Origin: an uncultured delta proteobacterium
Lineage (GTDB): Bacteria > Myxococcota_A > Polyangia > Palsa-1104
Length of the DNA stretch: 64,000 nt
Direction of reading: 5' to 3'
Assembly (NCBI GenBank): GCA_963785725.1
Contig: CAWAWS010000009.1
Coordinates: 64,001-128,000, forward strand
Numbering within the stretch: position 1 is the first letter of the stretch; every line of letters starts with the position of its first letter. The notes under the pieces were generated by a model that did not search any database, was not told where the DNA came from, and saw only the letters and a program-made list of their open reading frames with translations. Below are positions 32,436-45,667 of this stretch, piece after piece. The translations under genes and the position numbers were made by a program.

Positions 32436-34972
32436 TGGCGCGCCTCCAGCTTGAGCAGCCGCTCCTTGAGCTCGCGGTTCTCGTCCTGCAGCTTCTCCAC
32501 CGAGTCGCGCAGCGTGCGCACCTGCGAATCCTTGGTCGCGCCTTCGGACAAGAGGCGCGCCACCTCGCGCGCCCGTCGCCGCACGCGCCCATCGAGATCC
32601 TTGCCTTCGGCGCGTTTCAGCGCGCCCACGGCGCCGCTGTCGCCGAGCCCGTTGAGCGCCTCGACGGCGGCGATGCGCACGCGGAAGTCGGGATCGTCGA
32701 GCAGCTCGCTCAACGTCTCGCGCGCCCGCCGCTGCTGCGCCGGAAACTCGGCGCCGAGCGCGCCCAAGAGGCTGATGGCCGCCCGCCGTCCGGTGACCGG
32801 CTCGCCGTATTTGCAGGCGGCGATGGCGATCTCGACGCCGCGCTCGTCGCGCAATTCGGCCATGCCCGCGAGGCACATCGAGCGAATGACGTCGAGATAC
32901 GACGGCCGCGACATCGCCTCTTGCAGCGCGTCGAACGCGCGCGGCGAGCGCGTCTTGGCCAGCGACATCGCGCCTTCGGCCTCGACGAAGTAGCTCGGAT
33001 CGCCCTCCAGCGTCGAGGCCACGGCGTCCGCCGCCTTCTCGTCGTGACGAAAGCTGCCCAGCGCCTTGACCAAGTGGCGCCGCGCCTTGGGATGCTTCTC
33101 GTGCGGCAGCGCGTTCAGGATGAGATCGCGCGCCGCCGCCGTCTTGATCGCGCCCAGCGCCACCGCCGCCTCGCCGCGCACGATCCAGCTCTGCTCGTCG
33201 AGCGCCAGCGTCAAGGCCGCGATCGCCGTCGGCGCGCCCGCCTTGCCGAGCGCTCGCGCCGCGCGCACGCGATCGACCGCGCGCAGCGCGTTCGCCAGCT
33301 GCGCCGTCCACAGCTCCTCGCCCTTCTTCTCGTCGATCGACTTCAAGATATTGTTGCCGGGATCGACGACCACGAACGTCGGCTTGTGTTTCAGCGGCAG
33401 CACGAACGTCTCCTGCGCCGCCGAGATCCGCAGCGTCACCCGCTGCGTCTCGCCGGCCTCGCCGCCGAAGTCGATGGGCAGCGGAAAGTCGAAGAGCGGC
33501 GTCTCGCCTTCCACTTTTTGCGTCTGCGCGATCGCCAGCCGCGCCTGTTTATGCTCGTCGTCCCACGAATATTCGACCTTCAGCTCGGGAAAGCCGGCCT
33601 TGAAGACCCACTGCTCGAAGAAGCGGTCGGCGTTCCAGCCGGTGGCTTCGTCGACGGCGCGCGCCAGATCGCGCGTCTCGACCGACTTGCCGGCGTGCTT
33701 GGCGACGTAGTGACGAATCGCCTTCCAGAACCGCTCTTCGCCCAACTCCGTGCGCAGCATGTGCAAGACGCACGCGCCCTTCTCGTACAGGTGGCGATCG
33801 AAGACGTCGATGGGCTCGTGATAGACGTTGGTGACGATCGGACGGCGATAGCGATGCGCGTCCTCGTCTTGATAGGCCTCGATGTCGGCCAGACGATCGT
33901 AGTCGGCCTCGTCGCGACCGGCGTCGTGCTCTTTCCACACCAGCTCCAAATATGTGGCGAAGCCTTCGTTGAGCCAGCCCTGCGACCAATCGCGACAGGT
34001 CAAGAGATCGCCGAACCATTGATGCGCCAGCTCGTGCGAGATCAGCGGCTCCGACGAGAAATCGAGGTGCGCGCGGGCGTCGTGCAGCGTGCGATCGGTG
34101 AGCGTGGTGGCGCTCGTGTTCTCCATGCCGCCGAAGATGAACTCCGCCACCGTGATCTGCGAATAGCGCGGCCACGGATATTTGCGGCCGGTCTTCTCCT
34201 CGAAGAGCGCGATCATGCGGGCCGTGTTGCCGAAGCTGCGCGGCGCGTCCTCTTCCGAGCCCGGCGTCACGAAATAGTGCAGCTCGGTCGCGTTGGCCTG
34301 CTCGCGAATGTGCGTGTATTCGCCGGCCACGAGCGTCACCAGATAGGACGAATGCGGCTCCGCTTGGCGATAGTGAAACGTCCGCAGCTCGCCTTTGGTC
34401 TCGTCGCTGAGCAAGTTGCCGTTCGACAGCACCGTCATCTTGGCCGGCACCGTCGCGATCACTTCCGAGGTCGCCTTCATCGTCGGATGATCGAAGCAGG
34501 GGAACCAGGCGCGATTGTCCTCGTCCTGGCCTTGCGACCACGCTTGCACGGGCCGCGTCGGATAGCCGGCGTCGGGGCGAATGAAGTAGAGGCCGCGCCG
34601 CGGCGTGCAGCGATAGCGAATGGTGACGTCGACGGTCTCGCCCGCCGTGCGCGCGCCGAGCTCGAAGCGGAGCTGCTGACCGTCGTAGACGTACGGCAGC
34701 GCCGCGCCCGGCAGCTCGACAGCGGAGAGCTCCATCTCGACGGCGTCGAGCGTGACGCGCGCCGGGCCGTCGTTGATGGCGGCCAGCGTCAGCGTGCACA
34801 CGCCGTCGACGCTGCCGGCGGCGAAGTCGAGCGCGACCTGGATGCGCAAGTGGCGCACGTCGACGTCGCGCGCGGGCGTGAACGTGGCGCGCGAGCCGGG
34901 CAGCGCGAACGGCAGCGCGTCGCCGCGCGAGACTCCTTGGGCACAGCGACACTGGTGCGATCGGGATGTCAT
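32432..34972 (-). CDS. pepN: M1-family aminopeptidase N with C-terminal HEAT repeats and coiled coil
   Basis: WFPCFD, GGMEN, HELAHQWFGD...NEGFATY, YEKGACVLHMLR; HEAT repeats after about residue 555. Confidence 0.93.
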   Translation of the reverse strand: MTSRSHQCRCAQGVSRGDALPFALPGSRATFTPARDVDVRHLRIQVALDFAAGSVDGVCTLTLAAINDGPARVTLDAVEMELSAVELPGAALPYVYDGQQLRFELGARTAGETVDVTIRYRCTPRRGLYFIRPDAGYPTRPVQAWSQGQDEDNRAWFPCFDHPTMKATSEVIATVPAKMTVLSNGNLLSDETKGELRTFHYRQAEPHSSYLVTLVAGEYTHIREQANATELHYFVTPGSEEDAPRSFGNTARMIALFEEKTGRKYPWPRYSQITVAEFIFGGMENTSATTLTDRTLHDARAHLDFSSEPLISHELAHQWFGDLLTCRDWSQGWLNEGFATYLELVWKEHDAGRDEADYDRLADIEAYQDEDAHRYRRPIVTNVYHEPIDVFDRHLYEKGACVLHMLRTELGEERFWKAIRHYVAKHAGKSVETRDLARAVDEATGWNADRFFEQWVFKAGFPELKVEYSWDDEHKQARLAIAQTQKVEGETPLFDFPLPIDFGGEAGETQRVTLRISAAQETFVLPLKHKPTFVVVDPGNNILKSIDEKKGEELWTAQLANALRAVDRVRAARALGKAGAPTAIAALTLALDEQSWIVRGEAAVALGAIKTAAARDLILNALPHEKHPKARRHLVKALGSFRHDEKAADAVASTLEGDPSYFVEAEGAMSLAKTRSPRAFDALQEAMSRPSYLDVIRSMCLAGMAELRDERGVEIAIAACKYGEPVTGRRAAISLLGALGAEFPAQQRRARETLSELLDDPDFRVRIAAVEALNGLGDSGAVGALKRAEGKDLDGRVRRRAREVARLLSEGATKDSQVRTLRDSVEKLQDENRELKERLLKLEARQ

Positions 34973-35051
34973 CCGGCGACGATATCAGGAAATCGACGGC
35001 CTGAGCGCGACAAGCCGCCCCCGTTCATGCCGCTAGCGTCAGTCGACCGCC

Positions 35052-35552
35052 TTAGTCGATTTGCGGCGACGGCACGAGCGAATGCGGCGACAGCGCCCAC
35101 ACGACCGTCGCCGGCTCGGCCGCCACGTCGATGCTCGTCAGCTGCAGCCGCACGACCGCCGCCTTCGACATCGTCAGCCCGCGTTGGTGCAAGAGCTTCG
35201 ACAGCGAGTGGCCGATCGACGGCTCGTGCCCGACCAGCGCCAGCGCGATGTTGCGCTTGAACGCCGGCTCGATCACGTCGCGCACGAGCGCCTTGAAGCT
35301 GCCGGCCGGGCGCAGCGGATCGACGATGTCCAAGCCGCCGGCGTAACCCGTGCCGACGGCGACCAGCGACGCCGTCTCGACCGCGCGCACGAGCGGGCTG
35401 GCGACGATGAGCTGAAACTGCGCGCCCGCCTTGGCGAGCGCGGCGCCGACGTCGAGCGCCTGCCGCCGGCCGTGCGCGGACAGCGGCCGATCCTCGTCAC
35501 GCAAGGCCGCGCCGTCGACGGCGTGGGCGTGGCGCATCAAGTAGAGGTCCAT
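35052..35552 (-). CDS. sixA: Phosphohistidine phosphatase SixA
   Basis: MDLYLMRHAHA, RPLSAHG, SPLVRAVETA, LVGHEP. Confidence 0.88.
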   Translation of the reverse strand: MDLYLMRHAHAVDGAALRDEDRPLSAHGRRQALDVGAALAKAGAQFQLIVASPLVRAVETASLVAVGTGYAGGLDIVDPLRPAGSFKALVRDVIEPAFKRNIALALVGHEPSIGHSLSKLLHQRGLTMSKAAVVRLQLTSIDVAAEPATVVWALSPHSLVPSPQID

Positions 35553-35557
35553 CCGGC

Positions 35558-35848
35558 TCAGCCGCGACGAGGCGGACGCAACGTCACCAACGTCGCGCCC
35601 CAGCCGCCTTCGTGCTCGTCGCCGAGCCGAAAGGAGACGACGAGCTCGTGCCGCTGCAACACGGTGTGCACGAGCCGGCGCATCGCGCCCGTGCCTTTGC
35701 CATGCACGATGCGCAGATCGTGGATGGAGCGGCCGGCGCACTCGTCGACGTAGTCGGCGACCAGCTCCTTCACTTCGTGCGGCGCGAACGTGTGCAGATC
35801 GAGCACGCCATCAATCGGCAGCTCGACCACCTCGTCGGCATGGTTCAT
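35558..35848 (-). CDS. Stand-alone Smr/MutS2 domain protein
   Basis: LDLHTF, RIVHGKGTG, GGWGATLV. Confidence 0.92.
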   Translation of the reverse strand: MNHADEVVELPIDGVLDLHTFAPHEVKELVADYVDECAGRSIHDLRIVHGKGTGAMRRLVHTVLQRHELVVSFRLGDEHEGGWGATLVTLRPPRRG

Positions 35849-35864
35849 ACGACAAGCGTAGCAC

Positions 35865-37085
35865 CTACGCCGGCGCCGCGCGATATTGCAGCACGGGATT
35901 GGCCTTCTGCGTCAACTCCTCGAGGTTGGCGATCTCCAAAATCCCGCGCCGCGACAGATATTCCACGTGCGCCGCCGCTTCTTCCAGCGCCAGCAGCCGC
36001 GAATAGCCGTGCTGCGGGCCGAAGAGCCCATCGCAGATCGCCGTCGTCGTCTTGGGCTCGACGCACAAGTGGCGCACTTTTTCGAGGCGCGCCTGATGAA
36101 ACGCGACGATCTCGCCGATGCGCTCGTTCAGCTGCGCAATCGGCTCTTCGTGACCGGGCAGCGCCAACTCGATGCCTTGGATGTGGCGAAACTTCTCCAG
36201 CGACGCCAAGTAGTGATCGAGCCCGGTCCACGGCGTGATGCTCTCGGGCGACTGATGCGGCGTGATGCGCGGCAGCACGTGATCGGCCGTCAGCAAGACG
36301 TTGTCGACCTGCATGCAGATCTGCCCCGGACAATGGCCCGGCGCGTGATGCATGACGTAGCCGTTGACGCGATCGCCGTCGACGAGCGCGCGATCGATCG
36401 GCACCGACTGAAACAGCCGCTTCGTAAAGACGTACATCTCCTCCAGCTCGCTGCGGCTCTTTTCGTCGAGGCCGGCGCGCTCCAAGAACACGCGCACGCC
36501 CATCGCCGCGACGACGATGCGCTCTTCGAAGCGCGTCAAGACGCGCGCGTCGAGCTCGTGCGCGTGGATGCGCACGCCGCGCGCTTTCCAGTGGCCGACG
36601 CCGCCGAAATGATCGATGTGGCCGTGACTGACGACCAGATCGTCGACGGCGTCGAGGTCGATCGACTCGTCGAAGACGTCGCGCAGGACCGACTGCGCGC
36701 GCACGAAATCGTCCCGCGACGACGCCGTCTGCGAGCCGCAGTCGTACAGTGTACGAAACCGGCCATCGCGCACGAGATAGACGTTGTTGACGTGATCGGG
36801 GAAGGTCTCGACGGCGAGCTGATAGATGACGACGCCGGCCGCCGACGCGAAGCGGCGCACGCCGGCCACGCCGAACGCGTCGCGATAGGCGGCGCGGTCG
36901 CCCTGCCCTTCGGCCAACAGCGCCAGCTCGTCGACGCGATGCGCGGCTTCGGCGCCGACTTCGACGGCGAGGACCTCGAGCGCGCGGCGAACGTCGTCGC
37001 CGCCCGGTTGCGCGGCCCCGCGCCTGAACAGCGCCAGCTCGAGAGCGTCACGCTTGCGTCGCAGCTCGTGTCGCAGCTTGGCCAT
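35865..37085 (-). CDS. MBL-fold metallo-hydrolase with N-terminal extension
   Basis: SHGHIDHFGG, PGHCPG, ADHVLP, LPGHE. Confidence 0.9.
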   Translation of the reverse strand: MAKLRHELRRKRDALELALFRRGAAQPGGDDVRRALEVLAVEVGAEAAHRVDELALLAEGQGDRAAYRDAFGVAGVRRFASAAGVVIYQLAVETFPDHVNNVYLVRDGRFRTLYDCGSQTASSRDDFVRAQSVLRDVFDESIDLDAVDDLVVSHGHIDHFGGVGHWKARGVRIHAHELDARVLTRFEERIVVAAMGVRVFLERAGLDEKSRSELEEMYVFTKRLFQSVPIDRALVDGDRVNGYVMHHAPGHCPGQICMQVDNVLLTADHVLPRITPHQSPESITPWTGLDHYLASLEKFRHIQGIELALPGHEEPIAQLNERIGEIVAFHQARLEKVRHLCVEPKTTTAICDGLFGPQHGYSRLLALEEAAAHVEYLSRRGILEIANLEELTQKANPVLQYRAAPA

Positions 37086-37200
37086 GCGTCATCGTAGAGG
37101 CGCACGCGTCACAAGACAACGACGTCCCGCCGATTGCCGCGACCAGGGCTGCGCAAGCTTTGCCGGCAACAGCCCGACCACGAGTGTTATCTTTGCCGTC

Positions 37201-38219
37201 ATGGCCGAGAATTCGCTCGTCATCGGGTTCGATCTGGGCGGCACGAAGATGCACGCGGCCGTCGTCGATGCCCAAGGTCACGTGCTGCACGAGGAGCGAC
37301 AAAAGACGCAGCCGCAAGACGGTCCGGTCGCGGTCGTCGACCGCATGATCGGGCTGTGCGTGCGGCTGCGAAAGGAGCTCGGCGACCGCTCGGGCGAGCT
37401 CGGCGCGGTCTGCGTCGGCGTGCCCGGCGCCGTCGACGAGTACAACGGCATCGTCGAGCGCGCGCCCAACCTCGGCTGGCAGAACTTGGCGTTGGCGCAG
37501 CGACTATCGAGCGCGCTCGGCGTGCCCGTCTTCCTCGACAACGACGTGCGCGTGGCCGTGCTCGGCGAGTTGGCGTACGGCGTCGGCCGCGGCGCCAAGA
37601 CGATCGTCGGCATCTTCGTCGGCACCGGCATCGGCGGCGGCGTCGTCGTCGACGGGCACATCCACCAAGGCGGCCGCGGCGTCGCCGGCGAGGTCGGCCA
37701 CATGACGCTCCTGCCGCACGGTCCGCGCTGCGGCTGCGGCAAGCGCGGCTGCGCCGAGGCGTTGGCCAGCCGCACGGCGATGGAGCGCGAGGTGCACCGC
37801 TTGATCGATCGCGGCTGGGATTCGGTGGTGCCCAAGATCATGAAGAAGCTGGGCCACGATCGGCTGACCTCGAGCGTCATCGACAAGGCGCTGGCGAAGA
37901 ACGACAAGGTCATGCACAAGGTCATGGAGGAGGCGCAGTATTATTTGGGCCTGCTCGCCGGCAGCGTCGCCAACCTGCTCGATCCCGAGGTCATCGTCAT
38001 CGGCGGCGGCGTGGCCGAGCGGCTGGGCGAAGCGTTCGTGGCCCCGATTCGCGCGCACGCCTACAAGCATTTTTTGGCGCAGCGGGATCGCGAGAAGGTG
38101 CGCATCGTGGCGACCGAGCTCAAAGATCTGGCGGCGCCGCTGGGCGCGGCGTTGAGCGCGCGCGATCGGCTCGCGGCTCGTCTTGACAGCGCGCCGGCCG
38201 CACGCCACGGTACGCCACC

Positions 38220-38241
<22 letters not shown>
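37201..38241 (+). CDS. ROK-family sugar kinase (glucokinase-like)
   Basis: GFDLGGT, GVPG, DND, GTGIGGG, GEVGH...CGCGKRGCAEA. Confidence 0.93.
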
Positions 38242-39030
<789 letters not shown>

Positions 39031-39031
39031 C

Positions 39032-39692
39032 ATGGCGATCATCGTCGATCCCGAGGTCGAATCCTATTTGGTGGGCCTGCACAAAGGCCGCGATCCGCTG
39101 CTGCTGGAGATGGAGAGCCGCGCCGCCGAGACGAACTTTCCCATCATCGGGCCGCTCGTCGGCCGCTTGTGTCAGCAGGTGGCGCAGTCGATCAACGCGC
39201 GCGACATCTTCGAGATGGGCTCGGGCTTCGGCTACTCGACCTGGTGGTTCGCGCACGCCGTCGGCGAAGGCGGCCGCGTCGTGCACACCGACAACGACGG
39301 CAAGCGCTCGGCCGAGGCCAAGCAGTGGCTCGACAACGAGCGGCATGGGCGCGCGCGTGCATTACGAAGTCGGCGACGCCATCGAGGTCATCAAGAAGTA
39401 TCCGGGCCCCTTCGACATCGTCTTCATCGACATCGACAAGCACGGCTACCCCGAAGCGCTGGAGCTGGCGCGATCGCGCGTGCGCGTCGGCGGCTACATC
39501 ATCTGCGACAACGCCTTGTGGTCGGGCAAGGTGACGCAGCCGATGGCCAAGCAGGACGCGGATACGCGCGGCGTCTTGCGGTTCAACAAAGAGGCGTTCG
39601 CGGCGCCCGATCTGTTGACGACGATCTTGCCGCTGCGCGACGGCGTCGCGTTGGCGCTCAAGGTGTCGACCGACTCCAAGCGGCGGCGGTAG
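39032..39692 (+). CDS. SAM-dependent O-methyltransferase (frameshift near 39340)
   Basis: FPIIGP, FEMGSGFGYS; then GPFDIVFIDIDKHGY, DNALWSG, LPLRDG. Confidence 0.88.
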
Positions 39693-39695
39693 CGC

Positions 39696-40171
39696 GTGCG
39701 GCGGAGCTATCCGGAGCGGCCGGTGGTCGCCGTGGGCGTGATGGTGCTCGACGGCGATCGCGTGCTGCTCGTGCAGCGGGCGCGGCCGCCGCAAGTGGGC
39801 ACGTGGACGGTGCCGGGCGGCAAGGTCGAGCTGGGCGAGACGTTGGAAGAGGCGGCGTTGCGCGAGCTCGCGGAGGAGACGGGCTTGTCGTGCGCGCTTG
39901 GGGCCGATCGTGGAAGTGCTCGATCGGGTCGTGCGCGACGATGCGGGTACGCGTCGAGTACCACTTCGTCATTTTGGACTTCCTCGGGACCGCGCCGACG
40001 GGCGTAGCTGACGGCGGCGTCCGATGTCGCCGACTGCGCGCTGGGTGGCGATCGGCAGACCTCGGCGACTACGAGACGAGCGATGGGCTGCTGCCGGTCA
40101 TCGAGCGGGCGCGAGAGCTGCGCGACGGCGGCGGGCGCGGCGGGCCGGCGCGGCTGACGGACCGAGCGTAG
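39696..40171 (+). CDS. NUDIX hydrolase (frameshifts in the 3' half)
   Basis: Nudix box PGGKVELGETLEEAALRELAEETG; YHFVILDF in a shifted frame. Confidence 0.88.
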
Positions 40172-40218
40172 GCCGCGCGCGGCGGTCGCGCCGCATCACG
40201 CCGCGCCGCGGATCGTCG

Positions 40219-41386
40219 TCAGCGTGACGACTCGTAGCTGCAGCGGCAATCGCGCTCGGCCGGCTCCACGTACGTCACCACTTTGTTCTCGTAGTTGCGC
40301 AGCGTCAGCTGTTGCGGCCCCCACGTCAGCAAATAATTGGGCCCGATCGGAATCTTCCCGCCGCCGCCCGGCGCATCGATGACGAGCTGCGGAATGCCCA
40401 TCCCCGTGATGCGCCCGCGCAGCCGCTCCATGATCTCCATGCCCGCGCCCACCGGCGTGCGCAGATGATCGGTGCCCTTGCACCGGATCGCCCTGAAACA
40501 AGTAATAGGGCTTTACGCGCATCTTCAACAATAAGCGATTCAGTCGCTCGATAATCGGCGCCTCCGAGTTGATTCCGCGCAGCAACACCGTCTGATTACC
40601 CAGCGGAATTCCGGCATCTGCGAGCTTATTGCAAGCCGCGATGGCCTCTTCCGTCACCTCTTTCGGGTGATTGAAATGGGTATTGATATAGAGCGGGTGA
40701 TAACGCTTCAGCATATTGCACCAGCTCGTCGTCGATGCGCATCGGCAGCGCCACCGGCACGCGCGTGCCGATGCGCACGATGTCGACGTGCTCGACGGCG
40801 CGCACCGACGAGACGATCCACTCCAGCTTCTCCGTCGACAGCGTCAGCGGATCGCCGCCCGAGATCAGCACGTCGCGGATCTGCGGCGTCGCGCGGATAT
40901 AGTCGATCGCCGCTCGAGCTGCTGCGTCGAGATGACGCCGTCGTCCTGGCCGACCAGGCGGCGGCGGTTGCAATGCCGGCAATAGACGGCGCAGCGATCG
41001 AGCGCCAGCAAGAGCACGCGATCGGGATAGCGGTGCACGATCGACGGCGCCGGCGACAGCCCGTCCTCGCCCAGCGGATCGACGTATTCCCCGCGCGCGA
41101 CATGCTCCTCTTCCGGCCGCGGCACGACCTGCATGCGCACCGGACAATCCTCGCGCTCGGGATCCATCAACGCGGCGTAATACGGCGTGATTCCGACGCG
41201 AAAGAGGCTGGGCGCGAGCGCGACTCCCTGCCGCTCGGCGTCGGTGAGCTGGACGAACGCCTCCAGATCTTCGACGCGGGTGAGGCGGTGACGCAGCTGC
41301 CATTGCCAGTCGTTCCACTCGGTCGGGCTCGACTGATCGCGGCGGCGCGCCTTGGGCGCCGCGCGCCCGAGCGACATCAACATCAC
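40219..41386 (-). CDS. KamA-family radical SAM protein (lysine 2,3-aminomutase-like; frameshifts near 40910, 40715 and 40480)
   Basis: [66 protein letters not shown]. Confidence 0.9.
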
Positions 41387-41453
41387 GCGGGGATAGCCGA
41401 CGGCGGCCCGGGAGTCAACCGCCCGGGCCGCCGATCGTCAAACTAGCGAAGGC

Positions 41454-42034
41454 TTACTTGTCGGCGAGGCAGGCGGTGTATTCGGTGCTGCAGGTGCCGC
41501 AGATGATGGAATCGGCGCTGGTGCAGCTGCTCTTGTTGCTGGTGATGGAGTCGGCGATGCAGGCCGTGCACTCCGGGCTGCCGGCCGCCGACGCCATGTC
41601 GGTGCTGCCGCCGCCCGGCGGTCCGCCGCCGCCGAAGCCGCTGCCGCAGGGCTCGGTGCCGCTGTCGGGATGCGTGTAGCAGGCTTCGCGCTCGCAGGTC
41701 GTGACCGCCTTGTAGAGCGTGCGGCCGGCCTTCGTCACCATCGCGCGCGCAGCTGGCCAGGCAGGTCTGCTGCGTTGCCGGTCGTACACGCGGCGATGCA
41801 GGCGACGTATTCCGAGCAGCCGAGCGTCGCGCCGCCGTCGCCGACCGTGGCTCCGCCGCCGCCGGCTGTTCCGCCGCCGCCGGCGCCACCGCCGCCGGCC
41901 GTTCCACCGCCGCCGGCCGTTCCACCGCCGCCGGCCGCGCCGGACATATCGGCGCCGCCGTTGCCGTTGCCGTTACCACTGCCGCCGCAACCCATGATTG
42001 CGGCCATTCCGAGAATCGTGATCAGCTTCTTCAT
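41454..42034 (-). CDS. Gly-linker, Cys-rich lipoprotein (two apparent 1-nt insertions near 41773 and 41748)
   Basis: MKKLITILGMAAIMGC lipobox, (GGGGTA)n linker, then about 14 Cys (CSEYVACIAAC..QTCLASC..CEREAC..CTAC..CGTC..YTAC). Confidence 0.7.
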
Positions 42035-42066
42035 CTTCGAGGTCCCCTCCGTCGGGCAGCCGTCGA

Positions 42067-42082
42067 AGCAAGCCACGCGCCG
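42067..42082 (-). promoter_or_regulatory. Candidate sigma54 promoter of the Cys-rich lipoprotein
   Basis: Minus strand CGGCGCGTGGCTTGCT (GG-N10-GC with TTGCT), followed by a GGAGG RBS. Confidence 0.55.
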
Positions 42083-42240
42083 TTACGACGATCCTCGACC
42101 AAACGACGCAATTCACCTGACTGACACTGTTTAATCGGGTTGCACACCAGATGGGGCGCCGACTGGGAATGCAGTTACCAGCGCGTTGTGCGACGGACAC
42201 GAGGCGCTACACCCCGCGCCGCATGTGTTATTGCAGGTGC

Positions 42241-43456
42241 GTGCCGTCGGATCTGCACGCTCGATCCCGTCGCTGCCGCCGCGCTCGTTCGCGACGAGGC
42301 GCGCGCGCTCGGCTTTGCGCGCATCGGCTTTTCGCCGGTGGCGCCGGTCGCGCGGCACGAGGTTTACCGCGACTGGATCGCGCGCGGTTACGCCGGCGAC
42401 ATGGGCTACCTCGACGAGCGCTCGGACGCGCGGCGTGACGCGACGGCGCTGTTGCCGGGCGCGCGCACCATCGTCTCCGTCGCGCTCTCGTATGCGCACG
42501 CGGGTGATGTTCCCGTCGAGCGGCTGACGCGCGGCGCGCACGGCACCATCGCTCGCTACGCGCGCGGCGACGATTACCACGTCATCCTGAAGGACAAGCT
42601 GCGCGCGCTCGGCGCCGCCATCGTCGCGCGCGCCGGCCGGCCGATCGCGTGCATGCCCTGCGTCGACACGGCACCGCTGCTCGAGCGCGAGCTGGCGTCG
42701 GCGAGCGGGCTCGGCTTTCAGGCCAAGAACACGATGCTGATCGTGCCCGGCGCCGGCAGCTTCCTCGTGCTCGGCGAGCTCTTGACCGATCTCGCGTGCG
42801 CGCCGGGCGAGGATGACCTGAGCGCGCCGCGCTGCGGCCAATGCCGGCGCTGCTTGGACGCCTGCCCGACGGGCGCCTTCGTCGACGCCTACACGCTCGA
42901 CGCCCGCCGCTGCATCGCCTATTTGACGATCGAGAATCCGGGGCCGATTCCGCGCGAGCTGCGTCCGCTCATCGGCGATCGCATCTTCGGCTGCGATATT
43001 TGTCAGGATGTCTGCCCCTTCAACGCCGGGACGCCAGCGCCGGGCGCGCCCGAGCTCGCGCCGCGGCCGGAGCATGAGCGGCCGTCGCTGACGCGGCTGA
43101 TGGCGCTCGGTGCCGCGCAGTTTCGCAAGTGGCAGCGCGGGAGCGCGCTGCGGCGCATTCATCGGCCGCAGCTCCTGCGCAATGTCGCGGTGGCGCTCGG
43201 CAACGTCGGAGGCGTGGACGAGCTGCCGGCGCTCATGCAGGCGCTGGGCGAGCCGTGGCCGCTCGTGCGCGCCCATGTCGCCTGGGCGATCGCCCGCATC
43301 GTCGGCCGCGACGGCGCGCGGCTGACGCGCGTCGGCCACGCCGCGCTGGCCGCGCTGCTCGCCGCGGCAGTCGCGCGCGAAGCCGACGCCGACGTCCGCG
43401 CCGAGCTCGACGCAGCGGTCACGGCCGTCGCCAGCGTCATCGTCACCCCCGCGTAA
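42241..43456 (+). CDS. queG: Epoxyqueuosine reductase (start uncertain; ORF open from 42140)
   Basis: GYAGDMGYL, ARYARGDDYH, VDTAPLLER, CGQCRRCLDACPTGA, CIAYLTIE, FGCDICQDVCPFN, RNVAVALGN. Confidence 0.93.
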
Positions 43457-43702
43457 AGCAGCGGGCAGTCGTCATGCTCGCCGAAGCGTGCCTGATCATG
43501 CGTTGCTGAGCTTGGGGGCGTGCGTGGCTGCCGAGCGCGCGCGCCCGCGATAAACCAACCACCGGCGTGCCTGACTGTGAAGATGGCCGATTCCGGCGGA
43601 GCGGCCGCGCACGCGGGCACAGCCCGCCCGCGCGCAGCCGCCATTCCGGCGGCCACTGAATTCCCGACCGCCCAACCGCCCGCCGGCGACCGCCCGCCGC
43701 CG

Positions 43703-45370
<1,668 letters not shown>

Positions 45371-45408
45371 TCACCTGCGAGCGTCTCAATCAGCGAGGAG
45401 ATGAGGTC

Positions 45409-45570
45409 ATGAAAAAGCTGATGCTCGCCGCTCTCGCGCTGCTTCCGTTGGCTGCTGGTTGCTACGTTCAACCTTATCCGCGCGCCTATTATCCGCGTCG
45501 CGGTTACGTCCGCGTCTACGCGCCGCGCCCGGTCGTCGTCGCGCCGCCGCCTGCTCGCGTCTACTGGTAG
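45409..45570 (+). CDS. Small Pro/Tyr/Arg-rich lipoprotein, 53 aa (missing from the ORF track)
   Basis: GAGGAG RBS; MKKLMLAALALLPLAAGC lipobox, then YVQPYPRAYYPRRGYVRVYAPRPVVVAPPPARVYW-stop. Confidence 0.8.
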   Translation: MKKLMLAALALLPLAAGCYVQPYPRAYYPRRGYVRVYAPRPVVVAPPPARVYW

Positions 45571-45667
45571 TCGTCGCTTTTAACGAAAGCGCGCGCTGCC
45601 GCGTCCTTCAATCCACGTCCGGAATCGTGATATCGTAACGCGACCCTAATTTCGCGAAGGAGATCCT

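Noticed and set aside
40219..41386. Specific call as epmB or lysine-fermentation kamA
   Set aside because: No efp/epmA or kamDE genes are adjacent; only the family is supportable.
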